Origin: Candidatus Lokiarchaeum ossiferum
GTDB lineage: Archaea; Asgardarchaeota; Lokiarchaeia; Sigyniarchaeales; Promethearchaeaceae
DNA: 32,000 bases
Assembly (NCBI GenBank): GCA_025839675.1
Contig: CP104013.1
Location: forward strand, 4,680,001-4,712,000
Direction: 5' to 3'
Shown here: in pieces, positions 1 to 8,739 of the stretch
Position numbering within the stretch: the first letter of the stretch is position 1
Layout: each line of letters starts with the position of its first letter
Made by a program: the position numbers and the translations under genes
The notes under the pieces: model-generated
Database searches by the model: none
Told to the model about the DNA's origin: nothing
Seen by the model: only the letters and a program-made list of their open reading frames with translations

Positions 1-1666
1 TTGGAATTCCTGTGCCAGTATCACTAATTGCAATTTGAATATATTTTCCGTCAGGTAGGGGAATTGATGATTGATTCTTTAGGATTATTTCTGAAGCATA
101 AGTCTTGATTATTCCTCCTCGAGGCATAGATTGATCTGCGTTAATCACTAAATTATTGAGAACTTGACTTATTTGACTTGCATCGACTTCCACTTGAGGT
201 AAATTTTCATCATGATGTGATTCATGGCGTGATTTTGATCCCCTAAGCACAAAAGAAACGGATTCTTCAATAATATCAGTAATATTTGCAAAGATTTTTT
301 GTGGGATACCTCCTTTTGAGAAAGTTAAAAGCTGTTTGGTTAAATCTCTTGCACGAAGGGTTCCTTGCTCCAAATCTGCTAAAATATCATATTGTTCTGA
401 ATTTAGTTCTTCTAGTTGGAGCAAATTTATGTTTCCTAAAATTGCAACTAGTATATTGTTGTAATCATGAGCAATACCTCCAGCGAGCAAATTAATGGAT
501 TCTAATTTTTGCTGTCGAATTCTCTCTTCATCAATTTTTTTACGTTCTGTGATATCCCGAACAATTGCCTGAATTCCTATTGGTTCTCCCTCTCGTTTCA
601 ATATTCTACTGTTCATTTCCACTAAGATGGTGGTTTCATCCTTTTTTAATAATTCTATCTCATATAGTGTGCTTTGAGAATTTCCAAATATTTTTTTATC
701 GCCATGCATATCCATGACAGGATGAAACTCTGTAGGGACAAAATCTCTAAAATCATGGCCAATCATTTCATTAAATGAATATCCTAATATTTTAGCGCAT
801 GCTGGATTAATTGAGGTGATAATTCGCTTCATATCTACTCGAATTATCATATCACTTGCATCTTCAACAATAGCACGAAATTCTTTTTGCTGGTCTCGGA
901 TGATTTGTTCGATTTTTTTTTGTTCAGTAATATCATATCCAACAGTCACCTCATATCCATCTTCAATTTTCACGTCTCGAAAAACGATAATCTTATGGGA
1001 TCCATCCTTACATGTTACTTCTCTAATTCGACTTGAACTGAAGTCATTGTTTTGATAGTTTCCTTCAGTGGGGATTGTCCTTCGATACTCATTATTTGGA
1101 TATGCAAGTTCCATCCATTTTTGTTCCGTTGGAATATCCTGAAGATCATAACCAAGTGTTTCAATAAATGCTTCATTTAAATATACAAGATTTCCTTTAT
1201 CATCAGAAATACCAATTGGAAAAGGAATAAGCTCGACGATCTTATCAAATCTTTGTTGGTATTTTTTAGCAGTTTTTTGGTTTTGGAGTTTTTCCGTGAC
1301 ATCTTCAAAAATTGTTATGAATTCATGGTCAGTGATATTTACATCCTGAAAAGTAACTTGTTTTACTGTTCCATCCTTGCAAGTTACGCTTGAAATTCGT
1401 TGATCTGTGATTGTGTTTGATATTTCTGGGGCATTCTTTTTTATTTTAGCTCGGTACAATTCATCAGGATAGGCGAGATTAGTCCAATGATCTGTTGTGG
1501 GAATATCTTCAATAGTATATCCAAAAATATGAGTGAATTTAGGATTAACATAAAGATTTCTATCCTCGTTATCGCTGATAGCTATGGGAAAAGGGAGTTG
1601 TTCAAACAAAATTCTGAAATCTTTGCTTGAACCTTTTTTGTTTGTTTGATTTTCAGTTTCACTCAT
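1..1666 (-). CDS. Multi-PAS sensor histidine kinase; C-terminal end cut by the window edge
   Basis: My own reverse-strand translation from ATG (complement of 1664-1666) stays open to position 2. An in-frame stop lies upstream at 1688-1690. It begins MSETENQTNKKGSSKDFRILFEQLPFPIAISD. Three PAS-like units are present; the first two are paralogous (LPFPIAISDNEDRNLYVNPKF / IPFPIGISDDKGNLVYLNEAF, each followed by VTCKDG...). H-box is LLAGGIAHDYNNIL, N-box is VLNNLVINADQSMP, G1-box is ISDTGTGIP at the edge. It is absent from the ORF track, presumably because no stop lies inside the window. Confidence 0.85.
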   Translation of the reverse strand, partial: MSETENQTNKKGSSKDFRILFEQLPFPIAISDNEDRNLYVNPKFTHIFGYTIEDIPTTDHWTNLAYPDELYRAKIKKNAPEISNTITDQRISSVTCKDGTVKQVTFQDVNITDHEFITIFEDVTEKLQNQKTAKKYQQRFDKIVELIPFPIGISDDKGNLVYLNEAFIETLGYDLQDIPTEQKWMELAYPNNEYRRTIPTEGNYQNNDFSSSRIREVTCKDGSHKIIVFRDVKIEDGYEVTVGYDITEQKKIEQIIRDQQKEFRAIVEDASDMIIRVDMKRIITSINPACAKILGYSFNEMIGHDFRDFVPTEFHPVMDMHGDKKIFGNSQSTLYEIELLKKDETTILVEMNSRILKREGEPIGIQAIVRDITERKKIDEERIRQQKLESINLLAGGIAHDYNNILVAILGNINLLQLEELNSEQYDILADLEQGTLRARDLTKQLLTFSKGGIPQKIFANITDIIEESVSFVLRGSKSRHESHHDENLPQVEVDASQISQVLNNLVINADQSMPRGGIIKTYASEIILKNQSSIPLPDGKYIQIAISDTGTGIP

Positions 1667-1718
1667 ATTTCTTTTCTTCCAAGATTCCTAGGTTGAATCA
1701 ACCTAAAAATTTCATGGA

Positions 1719-2759
1719 TTAAATAGCGATTTTTGTTGTTGAAAATGACATATCTGGAATTGAAAAAATTATCGAAAACGGATAACTTAACACAGTCAAA
1801 TTTATTGTTATGTTCTCTAAATTAATTTCGATTTGCTCTTCATCCAAACAAAGTAATAATAGTATTGGTGTCTCATAACTTTCAAAATGTCCAGAGAAAG
1901 TAAAATTATGACTGAAAATCTGGTTTTTTTTTATAATGAGTGGTTCATCTAGCCAAGTATAATTGAGCTGAGCCAAATGGATATTATTCAAGGGAGGATT
2001 ATCTTCCCCTAATTCGTACATATTAAAACTTATATTTCCTCCTATCGAACAAATTCTGACATCAATATTCATGGGATTAAAGAATATTGTTGAAAAATCA
2101 ATGGAGTAGGAAAGATCTGCATAGTTAAAATCCAGATCGTTAATAGTAAAGTTGAAATCATTGAATAATTCAGGAAATAAATTCTCTTTAGAAAAACTTA
2201 ATGTGAAATTAAAGTCAAAAGGGGGATAAATTGCCCCCGCTTTGAGTAAATGAAACTCTCCGAAAAAAGTAAGATTAATATGGTTATTAGCAATGAAATC
2301 CTGGAGGGTTCGGTTATAAAAATTGGGGTTTGGAAGGGAAATGTTGAATTCTTTTGACAATGGTTCTTGTTGAAAATCAAAAATTTCCTCTGAAGGATCA
2401 ATTTGAACGATTCCAGCAGTCAAATTTTGGAAACCAACATTAAACTTGGATAATTTGAATTTAACATCAGAAAATGATGAATTAACCTTGCTTTCGAAAG
2501 CAATATTACAAATAAGATTTGTTTCCGATAGACTGGTAATGTTCGCGCCTAAAATAGTGAGAAACATATTTTCAAAAGTTAGATTTTCGAGTTTTTCATC
2601 AATTTTTGACTGAACAATTCCATAAGATCCTCCATAGGATGCACCTATAACGATTAGAAGGAGAATGGATGCATAGACTTTTTTATTTTTCAGTAGATTT
2701 TGAAACGTTGTTTTTTTTCCATTCTCCTCTCGCATGATATAATGATGGTTCGTGAACAC
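1719..2759 (-). CDS. Hypothetical N-terminally anchored/secreted protein rich in N-glycosylation sequons
   Basis: 346-aa ORF. One N-terminal hydrophobic helix (VYASILLLIVIGASYGGSYGIV) follows a basic stretch. I counted 14 N-x-S/T sequons. I recognise no family motif. Confidence 0.6.
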   Translation of the reverse strand: MFTNHHYIMREENGKKTTFQNLLKNKKVYASILLLIVIGASYGGSYGIVQSKIDEKLENLTFENMFLTILGANITSLSETNLICNIAFESKVNSSFSDVKFKLSKFNVGFQNLTAGIVQIDPSEEIFDFQQEPLSKEFNISLPNPNFYNRTLQDFIANNHINLTFFGEFHLLKAGAIYPPFDFNFTLSFSKENLFPELFNDFNFTINDLDFNYADLSYSIDFSTIFFNPMNIDVRICSIGGNISFNMYELGEDNPPLNNIHLAQLNYTWLDEPLIIKKNQIFSHNFTFSGHFESYETPILLLLCLDEEQIEINLENITINLTVLSYPFSIIFSIPDMSFSTTKIAI

Positions 2760-2788
2760 ATAAAATTATTCAATGCGATTTCTTTTAG

Positions 2789-2795
2789 TTATATT
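2789..2795 (+). promoter_or_regulatory. TATA-like element upstream of srp54
   Basis: TTATATT is centred about 25 nt upstream of the ATG at 2817. This fits an archaeal TATA box with a very short or absent leader. Sequence pattern only, in AT-rich DNA. Confidence 0.25.
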
Positions 2796-2816
2796 GTAAT
2801 CAATTTGTGAAGAAAT

Positions 2817-4256
2817 ATGGTGCTTGAAGGATTAGGGAAATCACTGGATGGGCTTATTAGGAAGGTTAGAAGACTCCCCGAGATTAACAAAGATGTTATT
2901 AACGCTTTAATTAAGGAATTGCAGCGTAGCTTGTTAATGGCTGATGTCAATGTTGAGATATGTTTACAAGTGACAGAAATAATTAAGAAACGGGCTATGG
3001 ATCAAAAAATAAATGAAAAAATTAACCGGAAAGACTATATAATTAAAATTCTCCATGATGAATTAATAAATCTATTAGGTGGGAAAGATGCACCGAAAAG
3101 AATTAAAACGGGTAAGGAAACAATCATTCTTTTAGTTGGTATTCAAGGGTCTGGGAAAACCACGACCGTTGGCAAGCTCGCTAATTTCTATAAGAAAAAA
3201 GGATTCAAGGTTGGAGCAGTATGTACCGATACGGATCGACCTGGAGCATATGAACAGATGGCTCAAACGATGGATTCTATTGGTGTAGCTCACTTTGGGA
3301 ATCCAAAAGAAAAAAGTGCCCTCAAGTTAGCTAAAAAAGGATTAAAACAATTTACCAAATCAGGAAAAGACAAAAAAGATCTTATTATCGTTGATACCGC
3401 TGGGCGTCATAAAGAAGAATCGGGTTTAATGAAAGAAATGCAAAAACTCGAAAATGTAATTAAGCCCAATGAAACCATACTCGTGATCGATGGAACTTTG
3501 GGGCAACAAGCCTATTCCCAAGCTAAAGCTTTTTCTGAAACGACCCATGTGGGAAGCATTATTATTACAAAACTCGATGGTTCTGCAAAAGGGGGTGGTG
3601 CTCTTTCCGCGGCAGCTGCTGCCAAAGCACCCATTAAGTTTATTGGGGTGGGAGAAAGAGTTGACGATTTGGACGAATTCAGCCCCACTTCTTTTGTTGG
3701 AACATTAATGGGCATTCCTGATTTAGAAGGACTCTTGAAAAAGATTGAAGAGTTGGGAATTGAACCCGATGATGATCAGATTTCCCGGATGAAAAAAGGG
3801 AAATTTACCCTAAATGACATGTATGATCAAATGAAATCTCTCCGCAAGATGGGAGGTTTTGGAAAAGTACTTGCTATGATGGGGGGTGCCAATATTCCGA
3901 AGGAAGTCAAAGAAATGGCGGAAGGGAACATGGATCGTATCGAAGTAATGATGAAATCTATGACTCCCCATGAGCGGGATAATCCAGAAGTGATTCGAAA
4001 AACTCGAATTACCCGAATTTCTCGAGGAAGTGGTACAACCTATACCGAAGTTAAGGGTTTATTGAAGCAATGGTCACAAATGAATTCTATGATGAAAGGA
4101 ATGCTCGGTAGAAAACGACGTGGTAAACGGGGTCAGCAAGTGCCAGGGATGGATGGTGGAATGCCTGGAATGGATGGAGGAGGCATGCCTGATCTGGCTC
4201 AAATGCAACAAATGATGGGTAATCAGAAGAAAAAACGTAAGAAATACCTTTGGTAA
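2817..4256 (+). CDS. srp54: Signal recognition particle protein SRP54 (GTPase)
   Basis: 479 aa. SRP GTPase motifs are [10 protein letters not shown] (G1), DTAGR (G3) and TKLDG (G4), plus GGGALS. The C-terminal M domain is Met-rich ([23 protein letters not shown]) and ends in a GMDGG/basic tail. Confidence 0.95.
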   Translation: MVLEGLGKSLDGLIRKVRRLPEINKDVINALIKELQRSLLMADVNVEICLQVTEIIKKRAMDQKINEKINRKDYIIKILHDELINLLGGKDAPKRIKTGKETIILLVGIQGSGKTTTVGKLANFYKKKGFKVGAVCTDTDRPGAYEQMAQTMDSIGVAHFGNPKEKSALKLAKKGLKQFTKSGKDKKDLIIVDTAGRHKEESGLMKEMQKLENVIKPNETILVIDGTLGQQAYSQAKAFSETTHVGSIIITKLDGSAKGGGALSAAAAAKAPIKFIGVGERVDDLDEFSPTSFVGTLMGIPDLEGLLKKIEELGIEPDDDQISRMKKGKFTLNDMYDQMKSLRKMGGFGKVLAMMGGANIPKEVKEMAEGNMDRIEVMMKSMTPHERDNPEVIRKTRITRISRGSGTTYTEVKGLLKQWSQMNSMMKGMLGRKRRGKRGQQVPGMDGGMPGMDGGGMPDLAQMQQMMGNQKKKRKKYLW

Positions 4257-4288
4257 TTTTTTTTTGCACAATTTTCAATCAATTTCAA

Positions 4289-4615
4289 ATGGTTACTAAA
4301 ATGCCTACACCTTTTACAATGCGAGTTATCGAAATCATCCAAAACATCCCTGTAGGAAAAGTTTCAACATATGGATCCATAGCGCGGTTAGCAGGAAGTC
4401 CTCGTGGAGCGCGCCAAGTTTCATGGGCCCTTCATTCTATGACCGAAAAATATGCTTTACCATGGCATCGCGTGATTAATTCTCAAGGGAAGCTTGTACT
4501 CAAATCTGATGCTTCTTGCGAAACCCAAAAAGCCCTTCTTGAGAAGGAGGGTGTTGAAGTAGGTCGAAATTTTAAAGTAGATCTTAAAAAATATCTCTGG
4601 GATGGAAATTCATAA
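4289..4615 (+). CDS. atl: Alkyltransferase-like protein (ATL; MGMT DNA-binding fold without the acceptor cysteine)
   Basis: VSTYGSIARLAGSPRGARQV...LPWHRVINSQGKL...ALLEKEGVEV...DLKKYLW resembles E. coli YbaZ/Atl as I recall it. The PCHR active-site motif reads PWHR (Cys to Trp). The track ORF starts at 4250 and overlaps the srp54 stop, giving an implausibly hydrophobic N-terminus. ATG at 4289 or 4301 is more plausible. Confidence 0.8.
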   Translation: MVTKMPTPFTMRVIEIIQNIPVGKVSTYGSIARLAGSPRGARQVSWALHSMTEKYALPWHRVINSQGKLVLKSDASCETQKALLEKEGVEVGRNFKVDLKKYLWDGNS

Positions 4616-4633
4616 GAAATTCAAAAGAATATT

Positions 4634-6145
4634 ATGAATGAATTCCTTTTTTTCCATATGAAGCTTTTATACAATGCCCAGATTTTTACCGCAAATAAAT
4701 TAATGCATGGACATTTAGTAATTAAAGAAGGAAAAATTGACTTTATCGGAAAAGGACATCCTTCTTCTGAAATGCTTTCTTCAATTGGAGACCCTAATTC
4801 TCGGATAGATTGTGAAAATGCCCTTTTACTTCCGGGATTTATTGATGCTCATGTTCACTTTCGGGATTCCAAGCAAGCTTATAAGGAAACTCTCACAACT
4901 GGTTCTAAAGGTGCTATTGCAGGGGGAGTCACTACCGTACTTTCAATGCCGAATACTGATCCACCTCTTTCTACCTTTGATGCTCTTTCAGAATATAAAA
5001 CCATGGCGGCTTCAAAATCATTATTTTGTAACATTGGGCTGTATACTACTGTTAAGGAAGGTTTTTCTTTCGAAGAATTGAAGCAAATATCTTCTCTTGG
5101 TGTTTTTGGGATCAAAATATATCCTGGAGATCAATCCCAAGATGTACCCCTTGAATGGACTCCTGGATGGGTTAACGATGCTGATCCTGAATTTTTTGCG
5201 GAATCTGTTCCTAAAACTCTTAAGCATTTCATGAATACTTATCCAAATTGGACACAATTAATGCTCACAGCCAAGCAGATGAATCTCCCATTGATTTTCC
5301 ATCCCGAATACCCTCGAGATCCTAAAATTTTGCAACGTATGTGGGACACCGGTGTAGCAATTGCCTCTGCTGAAAAAGCCCCAAATCCCAATTTATTTGC
5401 TCATGATGTTCATCATCCAATTTATACAAATGAGTTAGCCTGTGTCGAAATGATCGCCACATTATTACGAAAATATTTTCCGAATCCTAAAGATGCTCCT
5501 CATGTTCATTTTGTTCATGTGTCCCATCCCGATCCAGTTCAAGTGGTTAAAAGAGTGCTATTGGATCATGGATATTCTGCATCGGTAGAGGTTTCTCCCC
5601 ATCATGCCCTATTGCATAAGTCAATGTCGTTTCCCGATGAAAATTTCGCGAAAGTCTTAGTTCCTTTACGAGCGCAAAAATTCCAAAAGGCGATGTATGC
5701 TTTGATCCAAAAAGGCGACATACATTCGATTGGCACAGATCATGCTCCTCATACTTTGGAAGAAAAACAACAACCTTTTGAAGTGGCTCCTTCAGGCTTT
5801 CCGTATATTGATTTCGCCAGTCGCATTCTTTTGACCGAAGTATTTGCAGAACGTTTAACTTTAAAGACAGTAATAAACTATTATGCAACCCAACCAGCAA
5901 AACTCTTTGGAATTGCAAATAAGGGTGAGATTTCAGTTGGGTTTGATGCTGATTTAGTTTTGATGAAAGAAGTGGATGCTTATCCGATAAAAGGTACTGA
6001 AATGTTGAGTAAACAGAAATGGACTCCTTGGGAAAATCACCCAATAACCGCTCAAGTACAAAAGGTGTTTCTGGAAGGAAACCTTGCCTATGATAACATC
6101 CATGGGTTATCTTCTCCCTTTGGAAAAATTCTTATAAAAAACTGA
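4634..6145 (+). CDS. Dihydroorotase-like cyclic amidohydrolase (PyrC/allantoinase/hydantoinase superfamily)
   Basis: 503 aa. Metal-ligand motifs occur in the canonical order: LPGFIDAHVHFRD, GIKIYPG (candidate carboxylated Lys), LIFHPE, HFVHVSH, GTDHAPH. An alternative start is the Met at 4658. Confidence 0.75.
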   Translation: MNEFLFFHMKLLYNAQIFTANKLMHGHLVIKEGKIDFIGKGHPSSEMLSSIGDPNSRIDCENALLLPGFIDAHVHFRDSKQAYKETLTTGSKGAIAGGVTTVLSMPNTDPPLSTFDALSEYKTMAASKSLFCNIGLYTTVKEGFSFEELKQISSLGVFGIKIYPGDQSQDVPLEWTPGWVNDADPEFFAESVPKTLKHFMNTYPNWTQLMLTAKQMNLPLIFHPEYPRDPKILQRMWDTGVAIASAEKAPNPNLFAHDVHHPIYTNELACVEMIATLLRKYFPNPKDAPHVHFVHVSHPDPVQVVKRVLLDHGYSASVEVSPHHALLHKSMSFPDENFAKVLVPLRAQKFQKAMYALIQKGDIHSIGTDHAPHTLEEKQQPFEVAPSGFPYIDFASRILLTEVFAERLTLKTVINYYATQPAKLFGIANKGEISVGFDADLVLMKEVDAYPIKGTEMLSKQKWTPWENHPITAQVQKVFLEGNLAYDNIHGLSSPFGKILIKN

Positions 6146-6152
6146 TCACTAC

Positions 6153-6161
6153 TTTTTTTTT
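6153..6161 (+). terminator. Oligo-T run downstream of the amidohydrolase gene (archaeal-type terminator candidate)
   Basis: Nine consecutive T residues begin 8 nt after the TGA at 6143-6145. A 105-nt gap follows before the next gene. Confidence 0.35.
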
Positions 6162-6250
6162 GCAAAAATTTTTTACTATAGCTAAAAAAGCTATAACTAA
6201 ATCAATTTATTCTTAGGTTTATTTGTCCTTCACTTGATAGGGGAACTACA

Positions 6251-6886
6251 ATGACTCAACAATGGACATTAGAAGATGGCGAAAAATTAATCCGCTATGC
6301 TCGGGCAAATATCGAAAACTACCTAACTTTAGGTCTTCGCTTAGATATTCCGGATGATCTTATCAATCGTTTTGGGATTAAAGGGGGAGCTTTTGTAACC
6401 CTTAATAAATATTCTATTCTTCCGGGTAATCCTTTACGGGGTTGTATCGGAATTATTTTACCTCATTATGCATTGATTGAGACTGTTCAAAATGTTTCTA
6501 TTTCTGCAGCAACTGAAGATCCGCGCTTTCCTAAAGTAAAGTATGAAGAAATGGATAAAATTCTTGTAGAAATCTCTATTCTCTCCATTCCCGAAAAAAT
6601 AACAGTGACTGATCCCTTAGATTATGAAAAAGAAGTGGTTATTGGACGGGATGGATTGATCATTTCCAAAGGACATCATCGGGGATTATTACTCCCCCAA
6701 GTCCCGGTTGAACATGATCGAAACTGGACTCCTATCCAATTTTTAGAACAAACCTGTCAAAAAGCATGGTTGGCTCCAGATGCTTGGAAGGATATAAAAA
6801 ATACAACTGTTGAACGCTTTACTGCCACTATTTTTGAAGAAACGGAACCTCGGGGGTTAGTTCGCCGAAAAGAAATAGGTGAATAG
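6251..6886 (+). CDS. AMMECR1 domain protein
   Basis: 211 aa. Family signatures are LRGCIGII and RGLLLPQVP, with a length typical of archaeal AMMECR1 homologues. Confidence 0.9.
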   Translation: MTQQWTLEDGEKLIRYARANIENYLTLGLRLDIPDDLINRFGIKGGAFVTLNKYSILPGNPLRGCIGIILPHYALIETVQNVSISAATEDPRFPKVKYEEMDKILVEISILSIPEKITVTDPLDYEKEVVIGRDGLIISKGHHRGLLLPQVPVEHDRNWTPIQFLEQTCQKAWLAPDAWKDIKNTTVERFTATIFEETEPRGLVRRKEIGE

Positions 6887-6949
6887 AATTAATTGATTAT
6901 TTTTTAAATACGACAGATTCTTTTTTTAAGAAAATTTTATTCACCTACG

Positions 6950-8728
6950 ATGATTAGCACTGAACCCTTACCTTCGAAAGACCAATCCTATGATATCATT
7001 TTAATCTCGGGAGAATTTTGGGCAGATCATCCCCATTCTGGGGTGGGAGTTATTGCCCGGGTTTTGGAAGCAGAAGGGTTCTCGGTTGGAATTATTGAAA
7101 AACCCAATTGGAAATCTTCCGAGGATTTTCTTAAGCTCGGTTTTCCCCGCCTTTTTTATGGGATTACTTCGGGTTCTATTGATAGCATGCTACAAAATTA
7201 CACTCCCTTAAAAAAACCACGCGCTTCAGATCCCTATAGTCCTTTCAACTCGGAGATTCCTGACCGAGCAGTTATTGTGTATTCTCATAAAGTTAAAGAA
7301 ATTCAGAAACACTTTCTCAATTCTAAACAAAGTGAAAAATCAGGAGATATGTCTACTTCAAAGAGAAAATTCATCCCCATTGTTCTTGGGGGGGTAGAAG
7401 CGTCCCTTCGGAGGTTTACCCATTATGATTATTGGGATAATAAACTACGTAGATCAATTCTATTGGATTCTAGAGCAGATATTTTGGTCTATGGTCCTGG
7501 AGAATTGCAAATCATTGAAATTGCTCATCGTTTAGACGACCATCAATCATTGATGGGAATTCCTGGAACATCCATTATTTCATCCGAATTCTTAGAAGAT
7601 CTTCAAGGATCTTCGTTCATGGGAAAAAAATTCACTCTTCTTCCCTCCCATGAAGAAGTTCTTCAATCCAAAGAAGCATTTTGTTTAATGCAACTTCAAT
7701 TTTCCAATCAAGCGAATCTCATTCAACCCGCTGGAAATCGTTTTATTGTGAAGTATCGAATGCCTGATTATACTACTGCAGATCTGGACCGAATCTATGA
7801 TCTTCCCTTTACCTATGTCATCCCTAAAAAATTCAAAGAATTTGAAATGGCGCGGTTTTCCATCATTACTCACCGGGGATGTTTTGGGAATTGTCATTTC
7901 TGTGCTATTGCCCTCCACCAAGGAACTAAAATTGTTTCTCGTTCCGAAGCCAATATTTTACGTGAAATTGACACCATGGCCCAATTACCTGAGTTCAAAT
8001 CGTATATTTCTGATTTGGGTGGCCCTTCCGCCAATATGTATGGGATGGATTGTATTCACAGGTATAATTGTTCTAAAAACTGTTTGGAATGTTCCCTCTT
8101 AGATCGTTCTCATCATCAAAATATCTCCTTGCTCCAAAAAGCCCGCCAAATTGCTGGCATTAAGAAAATTTTTGTGCGAAGCGGTATTCGCTATGATTTA
8201 GCTTTAGATTCCCTTCCATACCTTAAAGAGATCTCCAAATATCATATCTCAGGTTCCTTGAAAATTGCTCCTGAACATTTTTCTCCCAAGGTCTTAACTC
8301 TGATGAATAAGGATAATTCCCGGTTTGATGAGTTCAAGCAAAAATTTGATCAAATTAATCAACCTCTCAAACAAACCCTTAAATATTATTTCCTTACAGC
8401 TCATCCTGGAAGTACTATGCAAGACGCGCTCATCCTTCGACGTCAGATCAAGCATTTACATTATGAAAATTGTGAGAGTATTCAAATCTTTACCCCAACC
8501 CCGATGTCAATTTCTTCTTGCATGTATTATACCGGACTTAATCCTTTCACCATGGAACCCGTTTATGTTCCCTATGGATATAATGAGAAAAAGAAACAAA
8601 AAAATGTCCTTTACCCTCAGAATTTTCAACAACATAAGAAATCTCCCACATCTTCACGAAAAAAATCATCCAAAAGTTTCTACTCGAAATATTCTAAACA
8701 TCCAAAAAGGAAGAAAAACAAACCCTAA
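6950..8728 (+). CDS. ygiQ: YgiQ/UPF0313-family radical SAM protein
   Basis: 592 aa. The N-terminal region DIILISGEFWADHPHSGVGVIARVLEAEGFSVGIIEKPNW matches the YgiQ N-domain pattern. The CX3CX2C cluster motif is HRGCFGNCHFCAI. The C-terminal tail is Lys/Ser-rich. Confidence 0.85.
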   Translation: MISTEPLPSKDQSYDIILISGEFWADHPHSGVGVIARVLEAEGFSVGIIEKPNWKSSEDFLKLGFPRLFYGITSGSIDSMLQNYTPLKKPRASDPYSPFNSEIPDRAVIVYSHKVKEIQKHFLNSKQSEKSGDMSTSKRKFIPIVLGGVEASLRRFTHYDYWDNKLRRSILLDSRADILVYGPGELQIIEIAHRLDDHQSLMGIPGTSIISSEFLEDLQGSSFMGKKFTLLPSHEEVLQSKEAFCLMQLQFSNQANLIQPAGNRFIVKYRMPDYTTADLDRIYDLPFTYVIPKKFKEFEMARFSIITHRGCFGNCHFCAIALHQGTKIVSRSEANILREIDTMAQLPEFKSYISDLGGPSANMYGMDCIHRYNCSKNCLECSLLDRSHHQNISLLQKARQIAGIKKIFVRSGIRYDLALDSLPYLKEISKYHISGSLKIAPEHFSPKVLTLMNKDNSRFDEFKQKFDQINQPLKQTLKYYFLTAHPGSTMQDALILRRQIKHLHYENCESIQIFTPTPMSISSCMYYTGLNPFTMEPVYVPYGYNEKKKQKNVLYPQNFQQHKKSPTSSRKKSSKSFYSKYSKHPKRKKNKP

Positions 8729-8739
8729 ATAACCTTACG

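Noticed and set aside
286-1055. Plus-strand ORFs 286..495 and 816..1055
   Set aside because: Both lie antisense within the continuous minus-strand histidine kinase frame. One starts at a non-ATG codon. Their translations are low-complexity with no motif.
2198-2401. Minus-strand 67-aa ORF nested in 1719..2759
   Set aside because: It is an alternative frame of a longer ORF on the same strand, with no independent support.
4137-4256. GMDGG-repeat and KKKRKK tail of SRP54 as a possible novel appendage
   Set aside because: Gly/Met/Pro-rich and basic C-terminal tails are common in SRP54/Ffh M domains as far as I recall. They are not distinctive enough to flag.
3490-4278. Short ORFs on both strands inside or overlapping srp54 (3490..3708, 3512..3715, 4074..4271, 4087..4278)
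   Set aside because: They overlap a confidently identified conserved gene in other frames and are typical spurious ORFs.
4250-4288. Hydrophobic N-terminal extension ([13 protein letters not shown]) of the ATL ORF as a possible signal peptide
   Set aside because: It arises only if the start overlapping the srp54 stop is used. ATL is a cytoplasmic DNA-binding protein and internal ATGs at 4289 and 4301 give a normal domain boundary.
4812-6044. ORFs 4812..5081 (+), 4879..5115 (-), 5021..5257 (-) and 5547..6044 (-) within the amidohydrolase gene
   Set aside because: They overlap a gene whose ordered metal-ligand motifs support the plus-strand frame at 4634. No motifs appear in the alternatives.
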